This document shows positions 38,066 to 48,591 of a stretch of 64,000 nucleotides of DNA, piece by piece. Numbering within the stretch: position 1 is the first letter of the stretch; every line of letters begins with the position of its first letter. The stretch spans positions 1,154 to 65,153 of IMG/VR virus record IMGVR_UViG_3300044835_000064; one strand, written 5' to 3'. The stretch is from a virus. Lineage: Duplodnaviria; Caudoviricetes. A program made the position numbers and the translations under genes. Under the pieces are notes generated by a model, which worked only from the letters and a program-made list of their open reading frames with translations, did no database searches and was not told where the DNA came from.

Positions 38066-39949
38066 ATGCCCCTCCACCTAAATATCATCCCCGGATTCAG
38101 TGATGTTTCTGATTCCGTCTTTGTCGCTGGGCAAGTTGCGTTCGGATTGCATCTCGAGCAGATCAACGCCAATGCCGCTTGCGGGATGGATAACCTAGAA
38201 ATCTTCCAGGCGATCTATGTGAATGGCGATACCGTAGCGCTTCCGGTTTCGCCAACCGATGGATATATTTACGACCGCTCCGAACTTATTTACATCTGGA
38301 CGGTACGCAACAGCGTTGACCCAAAAAGCAACTTCATCACCGGCCCGGATTCCCTTTGGTTCGCCAACTGGGATGTTAATCAGTCAACAGGGGAAGTCTT
38401 CTCGGAAGAGTGGTACGAGCGTTCAAGCGCGGCGGACTCGCGTAATCCGGCGCAATCGAATGATGGATCGATTCAGGTTTTTACCATCGGCCAGCGACAG
38501 CGCGCGAATATCTTCATGGCCGTGCCTGCCAGTTTCACCGCGATCAGCGAAGCCGACATCGCAACCGACAAGCCGCTGACGCAAGCGCTGGCGCAGGCTT
38601 TGAACGATGATGCGAAATTCTGCTGCGTCAATACGGAAGTCTTCTACCTCGGGGAGTACGTTACAACCCAAATCGTTACTCTCCCGACCAGTCCCGTCGA
38701 CGGCTACGCTTATTCAGCGGCGGAATGTAAGTTCATGTTTTCGTGGCGCTGGACGACTCTGGGAACGGCTTATGTCCAGCCTCCCGGATCAGATGAGCAG
38801 GCTGGACCATTTGATGCGAGCGTTTCGAGCTCTGGAGTCTGCACCGTCTCTGCAACTTTCTCGACAGACGGCGGGAACAGCGTTATCAGCGAACCTCTTT
38901 TTGGACGCATCGCCGTCTTCGCTTTCTGCACCCGGAGTGCAACGCCAACCAGTTTCTCGCCGACCGCGAATAGCTTTACCGAAATTGACCCTGATCTCTT
39001 CTTTCCGGGCAATGATCTTCGCGCCTCGGAAGTTCTCGACATCAAGCACAATATCGACGAAGCGCTTCTCAGTCCTGAGTTCTTTGGACCGACCGATTAC
39101 GCAGACGGTTCAACCGTTCCAACTCCTACCAGTCCAGTCGACGGCTACGTTTATTCAAGGGCTGAGTGCGTCTATGTCTGGACGTGGAAGGACGTCATCA
39201 ACAATTCTGGCGGAACGCATGTTCGCTTGCCTCTTTTCTATGGAACCGTCGATCAAACAACGGGTGCAGTCTCGCTGAATTGCTGGAGACTCCCGCCGGG
39301 CGGACCCTACGTTGATGACTCGAACGCCAACGCAAGAGTCAGCGTGATCGTTGTGGCAAGCCGTCAAGCCTCGCATCCTCCGTTGGTTGATACCACGACC
39401 ACCAATGCGCCAACAGGTTCAATGACGACGTTCACAGCCGACGTATCGATCATCGAGGTCAACGGATTTCAGACCGCGCAGATCACAAATTTTAACGATA
39501 CGACTCCCGCAGCTCCGGGCGGAAAGACAAACATCCTATGGCAGAAGGGAACCAGCACCAGCCCTTGCCCGGTTAGCGCATACGTCGATCTAACCTTGCC
39601 TTTATTCGTGGGCGGCGAAACTCCAGCCGGAGTGATCGACGGTTCAAATCTAGAGTTCGATTTGCAATATGCTCCAGCTGTCTACACGCCGATTGCTGGA
39701 GAAACAACGGATAACGGCTGGCTGATTCTACAAATGGATGACAAGCTCTTGGCTCCTGAAGGCACGGGGATCACAGGCGGCGCGGGAGTCGGATTCCAGC
39801 TTCGCGGCGCACATATCACTCTGACAGCTGGCTACGCGCCCACGAAAAGCATTGTCGCATGGTACATCCGCAAGCCGATTGGAACTGCCGCACCCGCTGG
39901 CGTATCCGCACTTTTCACCGAGAACGCGCCAACCGCAGTTGTTACCTAA
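38066..39949 (+). CDS. Tail protein with three tandem repeats
   Basis: P.SP.DGY.Y...E.....W three times. Confidence 0.7.
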   Translation: MPLHLNIIPGFSDVSDSVFVAGQVAFGLHLEQINANAACGMDNLEIFQAIYVNGDTVALPVSPTDGYIYDRSELIYIWTVRNSVDPKSNFITGPDSLWFANWDVNQSTGEVFSEEWYERSSAADSRNPAQSNDGSIQVFTIGQRQRANIFMAVPASFTAISEADIATDKPLTQALAQALNDDAKFCCVNTEVFYLGEYVTTQIVTLPTSPVDGYAYSAAECKFMFSWRWTTLGTAYVQPPGSDEQAGPFDASVSSSGVCTVSATFSTDGGNSVISEPLFGRIAVFAFCTRSATPTSFSPTANSFTEIDPDLFFPGNDLRASEVLDIKHNIDEALLSPEFFGPTDYADGSTVPTPTSPVDGYVYSRAECVYVWTWKDVINNSGGTHVRLPLFYGTVDQTTGAVSLNCWRLPPGGPYVDDSNANARVSVIVVASRQASHPPLVDTTTTNAPTGSMTTFTADVSIIEVNGFQTAQITNFNDTTPAAPGGKTNILWQKGTSTSPCPVSAYVDLTLPLFVGGETPAGVIDGSNLEFDLQYAPAVYTPIAGETTDNGWLILQMDDKLLAPEGTGITGGAGVGFQLRGAHITLTAGYAPTKSIVAWYIRKPIGTAAPAGVSALFTENAPTAVVT

Positions 39950-39958
39950 AGGAAATCT

Positions 39959-40372
39959 ATGGCCGTCACAGCCTGCGTCACCGATCAATTCAAACTGGAT
40001 GTCTTAAGCGGCGTTCATCAATCCGGCGATACCTACAAGGTCGCTCTTTACACAGCACTCGCGGCAACACTCAATCAGGGAACAGCAACCTATACGAGTG
40101 TCGGGGAACTGGCGACGGCCTTAGGCTACACGCAAAATTCCAAAACATTGAGCGGACGCGCGGTCGCGCTGGATGTGCATTCGGCCTGCCTTGACTTCGA
40201 TGATCCGGTCTGGACGGGTGCTTCCTTCACCGCAGACACAGCGCTGATTTACAACTCCAGCAAATCAAACGCGGCCATTGCCGTTCTCAGTTTCACGACG
40301 GAAACCGCGACCTCGACTTTCACGGTGCAGCTTCCAGCCCCCGGAGCGCACGGCGCCATTGTTCTGACCTGA
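39959..40372 (+). CDS. Minor tail/structural protein
   Basis: FK.......H....DTYKVALYT, A..ALIYN motifs. Confidence 0.7.
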   Translation: MAVTACVTDQFKLDVLSGVHQSGDTYKVALYTALAATLNQGTATYTSVGELATALGYTQNSKTLSGRAVALDVHSACLDFDDPVWTGASFTADTALIYNSSKSNAAIAVLSFTTETATSTFTVQLPAPGAHGAIVLT

Positions 40373-40386
40373 TCGTTCTCCCCCGG

Positions 40387-40638
40387 ATGACCTACTCCCA
40401 ACGCTTTCCCAAGCTTCCAAAGCGCATCCCTGCCCATGATCTGCGCCTGACACCAAAGGAAAAGGAAGTCGCAAAATTAGTCGCCGCAGGCTTTAGAAAC
40501 AAGGCCATCGCACTGACCATCGGCACCACAGAGCAAGTCATTAAGAACACCCTTCGTTTCATCTTCGACAAGCTTGGCTTCGATAACCGCACAGAACTGG
40601 CGCTCTGGTATGTGAAGCGCGAGAAAGGCAATTCATGA
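40387..40638 (+). CDS. Stand-alone LuxR/GerE-type HTH regulator
   Basis: LTPKEKEVAKLVAAGFRNKAIA..IGTTEQVIKN.LR.IFDKLG..NRTEL. Confidence 0.9.
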   Translation: MTYSQRFPKLPKRIPAHDLRLTPKEKEVAKLVAAGFRNKAIALTIGTTEQVIKNTLRFIFDKLGFDNRTELALWYVKREKGNS

Positions 40639-41045
40639 ATATGCTAGTGCGCCGCCGCTGGTCCGATCCGAAGTCGGTTATGGGCGAAATATTTCTTGAC
40701 GGAAAATTTGAGTGCTACACACTTGAACCGCCTTTCAAAACTGACGGCTCTAAACCTCGCGCCATTCCTGCGGGCACTTACCAACTCACGGTGCGCTTCT
40801 CTCCGAAATTTCAGCGACTCATGCCGCATGTCGAGAATGTTCCCGACTTTAATGGAGTGCTGATCCACTGGGGCAACTTCCCGAAAGACACAGAGGGCTG
40901 CACGCTGGTCGGATTTATGCACGGGCAGGATTTTGTCGGTCATAGTCGCGATGAATTCGACAAACTGTTCGATCAACTCTGTTCTGCCTGCGAAGCCGGG
41001 CCGCAAACCATTACTTATTTCGACGCCTTCGACAAACCGGCTTAA
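40635..41045 (+). CDS. DUF5675-like protein, probable endolysin
   Basis: CYTLE, IPAGTY, IHWGN...DTEGC.LVG; next to holin-like gene. Confidence 0.75.
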   Translation: MNMLVRRRWSDPKSVMGEIFLDGKFECYTLEPPFKTDGSKPRAIPAGTYQLTVRFSPKFQRLMPHVENVPDFNGVLIHWGNFPKDTEGCTLVGFMHGQDFVGHSRDEFDKLFDQLCSACEAGPQTITYFDAFDKPA

Positions 41046-41107
41046 AGGTTTTTAGCTATCGCAGCCGACTGGGCCGAAAACCATCACTTAAAAGGAGAAC
41101 TCAACCC

Positions 41108-41371
41108 ATGAACTCATTCTTGAATTACGCGCGCGCAAACTGGAAAACAAACTTGGCCTCGCTCTGCGCCTTCGCCTACTCTGTGCCTGAGTTTGTCGCG
41201 GCTATCAAGTCCTATGAAGCGCATCAACACACGGACTGGCGAAGCGCGATCTTTGGCCTGATCTTGGCTGCGGGCTTGGCGATGGCGAAGGACGGAACGA
41301 ATCATTCTACGGTGGCGCAGGTGGAGTCAGCAACGATCAAAGCGGATGCGGCACAGCTACCGAAAAGCTAA
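41108..41371 (+). CDS. Holin-like membrane protein
   Basis: NWKT...GL..AKD with two hydrophobic segments. Confidence 0.6.
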   Translation: MNSFLNYARANWKTNLASLCAFAYSVPEFVAAIKSYEAHQHTDWRSAIFGLILAAGLAMAKDGTNHSTVAQVESATIKADAAQLPKS

Positions 41372-41508
41372 TGATCACCTTTGCTTCTGTCGGCCTTGTC
41401 TTCATTGTCATCGTGTGGACATTGGTTCACGTTTACTGTAAACACAAAAACAAGAACATCTCCCTGCAAGAGTTCAATAAGCGCATGCGAGCGATCGACA
41501 AAAAGTGA
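41371..41508 (+). CDS. Small single-pass membrane protein
   Basis: 45-aa ORF coupled at both ends. Confidence 0.5.
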   Translation: MITFASVGLVFIVIVWTLVHVYCKHKNKNISLQEFNKRMRAIDKK

Positions 41509-42155
41509 AAGCCGCTATTTCTCTAGCGCTCGTTTCCTTCCTGCTCATCCTCTCAGGTGGAACCATCATTCTCGTTCGCGACCTGCACCGGGACTTAGCC
41601 GCTATCTATCCAGTGCTCCGAAGCGCGGATGATTCGGTGAAAAAAGTGGACGGGCTGATGACGAAAGTAACCCTCACCGCTGACACGCTAAATTCCGCAG
41701 CCAACGAAGAGCGCAAGAACTGGCAAGCGACCTCAAGCGAAGCTGCCTATACGGGAAGAGCCTTACGACTTCTCATCTCCCGCGTCGACCGATCCTTTGT
41801 GGATGGCACCCTGCAGCACGTCAACCGTGAAACCTTACCGGCGATCGACTCCCAAATTGCGAAGAATGGAAACCAACTCTCAAGCACGCTTGCAAAACTC
41901 GGAAACTCCGCCGACGGATTGACCACCGCCACTGGCACCTTAAACGCTAGGCTGGATGATCCGCAAATTCAGGAACTACTAACACACTTCAATACCGTCT
42001 CCGCGAATCTCGAAGTGATCTCAGCCAACTCTTCCGCCATGTCAGGAGACATGAAACTAGCTGTACATCGGCTGGCGCAACCGCCAACAAAGTTTCACGA
42101 GTTTCTTAATGTGAGTTGGACGGCGGCACGCTTCGGGTCACTATTTATTCCTTAA
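41505..42155 (+). CDS. Membrane-anchored coiled-coil protein (possible spanin-like)
   Basis: N-terminal TM helix, long helical body, lysis cassette. Confidence 0.5.
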   Translation: MKAAISLALVSFLLILSGGTIILVRDLHRDLAAIYPVLRSADDSVKKVDGLMTKVTLTADTLNSAANEERKNWQATSSEAAYTGRALRLLISRVDRSFVDGTLQHVNRETLPAIDSQIAKNGNQLSSTLAKLGNSADGLTTATGTLNARLDDPQIQELLTHFNTVSANLEVISANSSAMSGDMKLAVHRLAQPPTKFHEFLNVSWTAARFGSLFIP

Positions 42156-42404
42156 AGTGATGCGCGGTATAGCGGCACCAATATGTGTACGAAAACGCAT
42201 GCGATCAAGGACGACGCCGTCTTCGCTCACTTCTTTACGTCTAGGGCGATGGGCAAAGGGACCATTGTCTAATTCATTGTCAGCGGCTCGACCCGACAGA
42301 ATGCTCTCGTAACGCTCCACGAGCAACATCAATTCTTTCTTACTCAACTCTTCAAGTTTTCGCATGACCCTTCAACCTTTCCACAACCTCAAAGGAGAAT
42401 ACCA

Positions 42405-42770
42405 ATGTCCAACAAATTCCTCAGCTTCCTCGAACACGCCGGCCAGAACTTCGCCAAGGGCCTGCACTTTGTCCTTCCAATCGCTGCCGGCGCCGGTGAA
42501 GTAGCCGTTGCCGCCTTCGCTCCAGCCCTAGGTCCCATGTTTAACTCAACCGTTGCCGCCGTCGTCCTGGCCGAGCAGAAATACACGGCTTTAGGCCAGC
42601 AAACCGGATCCGGCCCGAAGAAGCTAGCCGACGTCCTCCAGCTGGTCGAACCCGTCGTTGCAGCAGGCCTAGCGGATGCAGGAAAGGACCACAGCACAGC
42701 TGCGGTGACTGGCTATATCAATTCCGTGGTCAACGTCTTAAATGCAGCCCCGGCGCCCGTAACAGCGTAA
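42405..42770 (+). CDS. Hypothetical Ala-rich protein
   Basis: AAGGAG RBS. Confidence 0.65.
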   Translation: MSNKFLSFLEHAGQNFAKGLHFVLPIAAGAGEVAVAAFAPALGPMFNSTVAAVVLAEQKYTALGQQTGSGPKKLADVLQLVEPVVAAGLADAGKDHSTAAVTGYINSVVNVLNAAPAPVTA

Positions 42771-42824
42771 TTTCCGCTCTCCCAGCCCTGATTCGAGACT
42801 AAGATAGGGGCTGGGGAGTTCATT

Positions 42825-43304
42825 ATGGCCATGGCCGCTCTCGCCAAACTCGAAGCTCCAACCGCCGCCCAAGTCGATACACTCGCCCTCGAGTACACCA
42901 CCTTGAAAGATGCTCTCCTGCAGGCGACTCTCGCCCGCGTAGCCGCCCAGGAGAAACTTGAACCAGTAGAAGCAAAACTTGTTGATCTCGTGAGTCAGTG
43001 CGGCTCAGCCCACGCGCAAAAAAGCAAGATCCTTCACGGTTTGCGATGGGAAATCATGGGCACTTTCGGCAAGTCCACCTCAATCGATGCCGCCGCAGTG
43101 GAGCGTCTACGTTTGCATCTTTTGAATACAGGCAAGACCCGCTTACTCAAGCGCTTGTTTGAATCAACTGTCCGCTGGGATCTAAAATCCACGGCGCGCG
43201 CGGAAATTCTCAAACCCGATATCACTGATGACGTTCGAGCAAACTTTGTGGCCTGCGAAGTCACGAAGGATCGGTCTCCGTCTTTGACAGTGCGAGAGAA
43301 GTAG
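42825..43304 (+). CDS. Hypothetical protein with N-terminal coiled coil
   Basis: Last plus-strand late ORF. Confidence 0.6.
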   Translation: MAMAALAKLEAPTAAQVDTLALEYTTLKDALLQATLARVAAQEKLEPVEAKLVDLVSQCGSAHAQKSKILHGLRWEIMGTFGKSTSIDAAAVERLRLHLLNTGKTRLLKRLFESTVRWDLKSTARAEILKPDITDDVRANFVACEVTKDRSPSLTVREK

Positions 43305-43387
43305 AAAGTTGAACGCTGCGCCTGCGCCAACAGCCTAGCCTATTACACTGGCCCGATTTCCTTGGATGGAATAGGGCCAGACTAGTA

Positions 43388-43768
43388 TCAAGATCCGCTG
43401 TGTTTTCTTTTCGGCGCTTCGTTGCAAACCTTACTCTCTCCCTGCGCGTATTGTTGTGGATTGTTAATGTAAGTAGGTGCTTCGGCGGCCGTCACATTTA
43501 TTTGCTTCAGTAGCTTACATGACTCTCGACAGACTGGGCCGGAATTGACTGGGCGATAGGCCAAAGAATACATTTCGGTTATGCACTGATAAGTTCGCGT
43601 GGTGTAGGTAAGTTCCAATTCAGTCATCCGCTTAATCCACTCTATTTGCAACGACGTGTTGTCATGCTGTTCTTCGACAACGTGCCACGTCCCACTCTGC
43701 GTTACTGAATGATCCTTTGAGCACCCGACGAACGCCAAGCATACAAAGATAAACCAAACTGCTTTCAT
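43388..43768 (-). CDS. Lipoprotein
   Basis: MKAVWFIFVCLAFVG|C lipobox. Confidence 0.65.
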   Translation of the reverse strand: MKAVWFIFVCLAFVGCSKDHSVTQSGTWHVVEEQHDNTSLQIEWIKRMTELELTYTTRTYQCITEMYSLAYRPVNSGPVCRESCKLLKQINVTAAEAPTYINNPQQYAQGESKVCNEAPKRKHSGS

Positions 43769-44384
43769 TTCTACTCCGTACCATCACCATTTCTTAAAGT
43801 CGTTGTTCCACCAATCGCGGGCATCATAGGCCAGATATCCGTGAAATGTATCGCATACGTGCGGATGATTGCACGGTGCTTGATCTGGGTGCTCGCGGTC
43901 AATCGTCCAAATCTGTGTGCTCTGTAGCAAGACAGGCGACTAAGACACCGGTCAAGAGTGCGCTTCCCAAAATGCTGATAAAAGCACACCATGCCGCGAA
44001 CGATCCATGCTTTTCCTCGACTCGCTGAACCATACTAGCGATACCCTCACCGAACGACATTTTTAGCCTTCCTTATAGGGCCAGTCCGCAAAGCCTAGCC
44101 TTCTTTATCAAGAGCCTTCCGAGCAATCCATAATTTAATTTCTCCGTGGATCACGCCTTCGAGGAATAGTAATATTCGGGGATTCGATTTCTCCCGTTTC
44201 CAATTTTCGAGCTATTCCTTGACAGTGCTTCACCTCCGCATCGGTCAGCGGCGGTTGTGGCCATTGAATATACTTAACTCCCTGCGGAACAATCTCATGC
44301 GGGTCGGGATTGATTCCCATTTGCCGCACGTAAGCGTGCAAATCTTGCTGCGACCACTCCAAATCTAGACTCGGCCAATCATCC

Positions 44385-45182
44385 CTATTCATTCTGAAGA
44401 GCCTTCCGAGCAATCTCCATGATTTCAAATAGAGCAATTTCCCAGTGCTTTTCCCCTTCTTCGATGCCCTCGCGCGAACCGAATTGAGCTTTCAGAAATA
44501 CCTCGTTAAGTTGTTTCTCTAAGCTCTCTACTCGGGATTCAGTCGTGGCCATCAACTCTTCTGCCTGTTCTGCGCGATCTTTCCAGTAATCTCTATCCGC
44601 TAATTCCCGTAGTAGGTCGTTTTTTCTGTCGATGTAAAGAGCGTTGACATTCTTGAGTTTGTCTCTTTCTTTAGTAAGAGAGGAAATTTCTGCTATTAAG
44701 TCGCAGTGGTAGCAGACGAGTTTCATGTTTGCCCCGCCGCCTGCCGAGATGAAACACTTACTGTCACATTCCGGGCAAGACTCTGGCTTCTCTTTCCAGT
44801 CGTAAAGTTTAGGACGCTGTTTAGTAAGAGAGGCCACCAAGGATTCAGCTTTCTCGCAGTCATTAACGGCGAACGCTACGGCTTCCGGCAAAGTGGCGAA
44901 TGTTCGCGGCCCCGGCTCGGCTGGAACTTCATAAGGATGCCCAGCATGACCAAATCGCGAAATATGGAGAGCGTTCATAATCTCGTTTCTTTCCTTGATA
45001 AGACGATGCGCCTCATCTCGCCAGTTAGTTTGCTGTTGCGCGGCTGTTACGTGAGAGGCGTAGGCTTCGGCAAATCTTATACATAGCATTTCGTCGGTTC
45101 CTATGCTTCTCCCGAGGGTGTGTCTCGCCAACGAATGCGAAATTTGCTCGTACCAAATCTGCCAAAACTCTTCGGCTGTCAT
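44385..45182 (-). CDS. Hypothetical coiled-coil/Zn-ribbon early protein
   Basis: CPEC...CYHC within helical protein. Confidence 0.6.
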   Translation of the reverse strand: MTAEEFWQIWYEQISHSLARHTLGRSIGTDEMLCIRFAEAYASHVTAAQQQTNWRDEAHRLIKERNEIMNALHISRFGHAGHPYEVPAEPGPRTFATLPEAVAFAVNDCEKAESLVASLTKQRPKLYDWKEKPESCPECDSKCFISAGGGANMKLVCYHCDLIAEISSLTKERDKLKNVNALYIDRKNDLLRELADRDYWKDRAEQAEELMATTESRVESLEKQLNEVFLKAQFGSREGIEEGEKHWEIALFEIMEIARKALQNE

Positions 45183-47165
45183 AGCTTCTCCGCAAAGTTT
45201 GCTTCAAAATAAGCCTTTGCTACCAGCCATTTGTCATCATGATTCGCTGGATTTCGCGCAATTTTATCTCCTAGTTTCGGTGACCCGTTGGCAGTGTCCG
45301 CGTTGCTGATTGATACGTTACGCATGTCAAATCCCGGCTCCCAATCGGCCATCTCCGCAATCTGCGTCCTAAGATATTGCCTATATGCTGTCATAGCTTC
45401 TCCGCTCGGCTCAGTCATCTGCATCTTCCTTGATTTTCTCGACAAGTTCTCGCGTGTAAGTTTGGCCCTCTCGCTTAATCTCCCATGCCTTACCAACGGC
45501 CTCTATTTCTGTTCGGCTCTCCGGCACATCGTCCCTGATTTCCAGTGCTTTCCAAATTGCTTCCCACTCAGTTTTTGCATACGCCATGGCTCCCGGTACG
45601 CTCGGAATATCAGCTAACCAACGGCCATCTTTCTCTTGCAAGACTTCGATGGTGAAACGCTTTACGGCTGGTTCCTTACTCGCGCTCATTCGCAATCTCC
45701 TTCGCCTTGATTCGGTCGATTCTTAGTTTCTCGGCGGCATACCAACGTCGATATGGGGCGAATCTCGGCCCATCCATCAACGTTTCGTTGGTTTCGATGT
45801 ACTCGTAATCTTCGGGCTTATTCATAAACACGGTCCGTTTGGCATGGGCAACCAGTGCGTTACGCTGTGAAGTTCTCGCTCCTCTGATTCTTGACCGAAA
45901 CAGCGAACAGTCTTCCAAATCCCGTCGCAGAAATCAGCGGCAGACGCTTCGGTATCTCCCACCTCTACGACTAAATACTCGCCGTTCTCTTTCGGGAGCT
46001 GATCTTCAACTGACATCCACGCGGTCGCTGTTGCGGATTGTTGCATTACCATTTCTTCCTCCTTGGAGGCTGGTTTGGCTTCTACTTTCCCATTTTCACT
46101 TATCATCTTCGTGGCGTCACGAAAGTGATCGGGCTTGGCTACTAGGAGAGACGAATTGATTGAGGGCCGTTCAAGTTTCTGAGCGGACGAGTTATAAGCC
46201 CTTCACCCGAAGATGAAGTCCCCGACTGACCTCGCTCCGAGTCAGTCAGCACGCCACGACCCTCAAACTTTTGATCTTCATTCTCCTCTGAGGCTGGTTT
46301 GGCTTCTACTCCCGCCTCATCACATAACACACACTCTTCGCCCTTTAAATGAGACTTCAGTAAAGCGTGGCTGATTCTTTCTACTGGGAGAGAGTCAACT
46401 TTATGCCAAGGGTCAGGACAAGGCTCGGAATATGAGCACCCTCCGGGATGAGCCTTACATCCCACACTCTTCCGACAGTGACGATTCGTGCTTTCGCAGG
46501 TTGGGCAGACTTTCGCGTGAAATTCGTCCGCACATTCTGCGATCGGAACTCCGGCAAAGTGACTCGTATAGGGCTTGTCCCTATCTGGCGATGTGCAGGT
46601 TTGGCAGACTTCCGTGAAATGATACTGTTCAGGCCACGATCCGCCGGGAGAGGCTTTGTTCATAAAAGTTCCTTTATCGCCAACTTCAGCCATTGCCATC
46701 GTGTCAGTTGCAAACGAAGTCTTAAGTTCATTTTCGGCGAGGAAGCGTTGAATCGCCCAATATCTTTCGGATTCATGGACGAGCAAGTATCATCTTCGCG
46801 GGCCGGGGAATCCTTAGTGACGTGCCAAGGGTCATGACACGAGACTCTTGCTTCCGGTGAATGCCAACAATGTATGCAAGACGGACAGTCATCATCGTGC
46901 TCAACGTGTTGCCCATCGTCACTCTTTAGCGGACACAGCCTCAACTTCTTTTGCGAACTTTGACAGAGTGGGCAGACTTCTTTATAAGCCATTCAATTTC
47001 CTTTTTTTAGTTGGCAGGTCGAGTTGAAAATGCTTCCGACAGAGATTCACAATCACTTTTTCTGGACCATTTAGAATGGTACCCTGTTGAATCGTTAGGG
47101 CGCAGGATGTCAACTTCGTCGTCGCCATGCATTGCTTACCATCCCACGCTCCGCATCGTTTTGGG

Positions 47166-47591
47166 CTACGCATTTGCTATCTCCAACAAGACATCTGCAT
47201 GACACGGAACCTTATTTCCATCTTTGTCGACGAGTGGGCACCAGCAGGCTAAGTCTTTGCCGCCCAGTGCGAATTTCACCTTTCGCCGCCATGATTCCGC
47301 GGAATTTGTTTGCTCGTTCGCCGCAAGTCGGAAGAGAGCGACTACACCCTCGGCAGCTTCACGCTTACTCTTAAAGTGCCCAGTAAAACTGCCTGCGTCT
47401 GTTTGCACGACCCACTCATCAACAGCGGGGTGAGTCGGTGTCGTTGCTACAGAAACGAAATGTACGACCTTGAACTGGTTTCCGAATATGCTCGGACGAC
47501 CAACCGGAACAGTATTCAGTGGCATCTTCCAGCTCTTAACTCTTCGACGCTGAATCCGTTTTGGGATTTCTTTCTGAGTATCAGACATCAA
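47166..47591 (-). CDS. DUF4326 protein
   Basis: PKRIQRRR...W.MP....VGRPS.FGN.F, L.GKDLACWCP, CHADVLLEIAN. Confidence 0.88.
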   Translation of the reverse strand: MMSDTQKEIPKRIQRRRVKSWKMPLNTVPVGRPSIFGNQFKVVHFVSVATTPTHPAVDEWVVQTDAGSFTGHFKSKREAAEGVVALFRLAANEQTNSAESWRRKVKFALGGKDLACWCPLVDKDGNKVPCHADVLLEIANA

Positions 47592-47776
47592 CTTCCTCCG
47601 GCGCTTTTTCGATTTCCTTCACGATCTCTCGGCAGATCCGTTTGTCGCCTTCCGAAAGTTTGTCCCAGAAATCCATCGACCCGCCGTTTTGTGCCCCGTA
47701 TTCTTTATTCCAAAGGACCATTGCTACCCTAGCGGCCTTGTGCGGATTAAGATTTCGTTTTGGATCAGACATTGCT

Positions 47777-48591
47777 TTTACCCCTCTTTTGGGTCTACGC
47801 TTTCAGTGCCCGCTAGCCTTGGCTTGTTGCGGGTTCCCAGCCCAACTGCTCGTCCGTGCTTACGACTACCTGACCCTTCAGCAATTCGACCGTGTTTGTG
47901 AAGGCTTTTTGCAGCACAAGTGGGTCAATATTCAGGTCGTAGACCGAACCGGAGCGAGCCATTCCCGCCATGACGCAATCGGCAATCATGTCCAGAACGT
48001 CGATGAGGTTAACGTCCACTGGAACTCCGTCCGCTTGTAGCAGGTGATGACGGTTTACTTTGCGGTGATTGTCCCACCACTCGGTTCGCGCGAATCCCGT
48101 TACGAAATCGCGGTGGAAGCCGTCAATGTCGCTAATCTTGTCGTGGTCGTGCGCCTCCTCCGCCTCAAATATCTTGTCGCGAAAGAAGTCGAGCCCGCGC
48201 CTGACATCTGTTATGTGCTGGAAGCTACTGGCATAAAGCGTGTCCTTGCTGACCTTCGTGAAATCGCACGTCCTCGTATCAGCAGTCTCGCTCTTTTTAA
48301 TCGTGATTGTCATTTACCCCTCCGCTGGCTTCGCGTTAAAAACTACTGACCGCCCTCCACCTTGAGCGGCATACATTGCGGCATTCACCGCTTTGCGAAT
48401 CACATCTTTATGGATTTTCACATAGCCTTCCGAATCCTCGACCCAACCATCAATCGTCGATTCGGCCACATGCAGCGCCAAAACGATTTCTTCAATCTGT
48501 GTCATTTACCCCTCTTTTTGGTCTACGCTTTCATTGCCCGCTAGCCTTGGCTTGTTGCGGGTCCCTGCCCAACTGCTCGCCGATGCTTACG
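47777..48591. repeat. Imperfect direct repeat of about 87 bp (47777-47864 and 48505-48591)
   Basis: Direct alignment by eye. Confidence 0.9.
47813..48313 (-). CDS. HD-like (DUF5662-like) protein
   Basis: HD.DK, H...NRHH, D.LDMIAD motifs. Confidence 0.6.
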   Translation of the reverse strand: MTITIKKSETADTRTCDFTKVSKDTLYASSFQHITDVRRGLDFFRDKIFEAEEAHDHDKISDIDGFHRDFVTGFARTEWWDNHRKVNRHHLLQADGVPVDVNLIDVLDMIADCVMAGMARSGSVYDLNIDPLVLQKAFTNTVELLKGQVVVSTDEQLGWEPATSQG

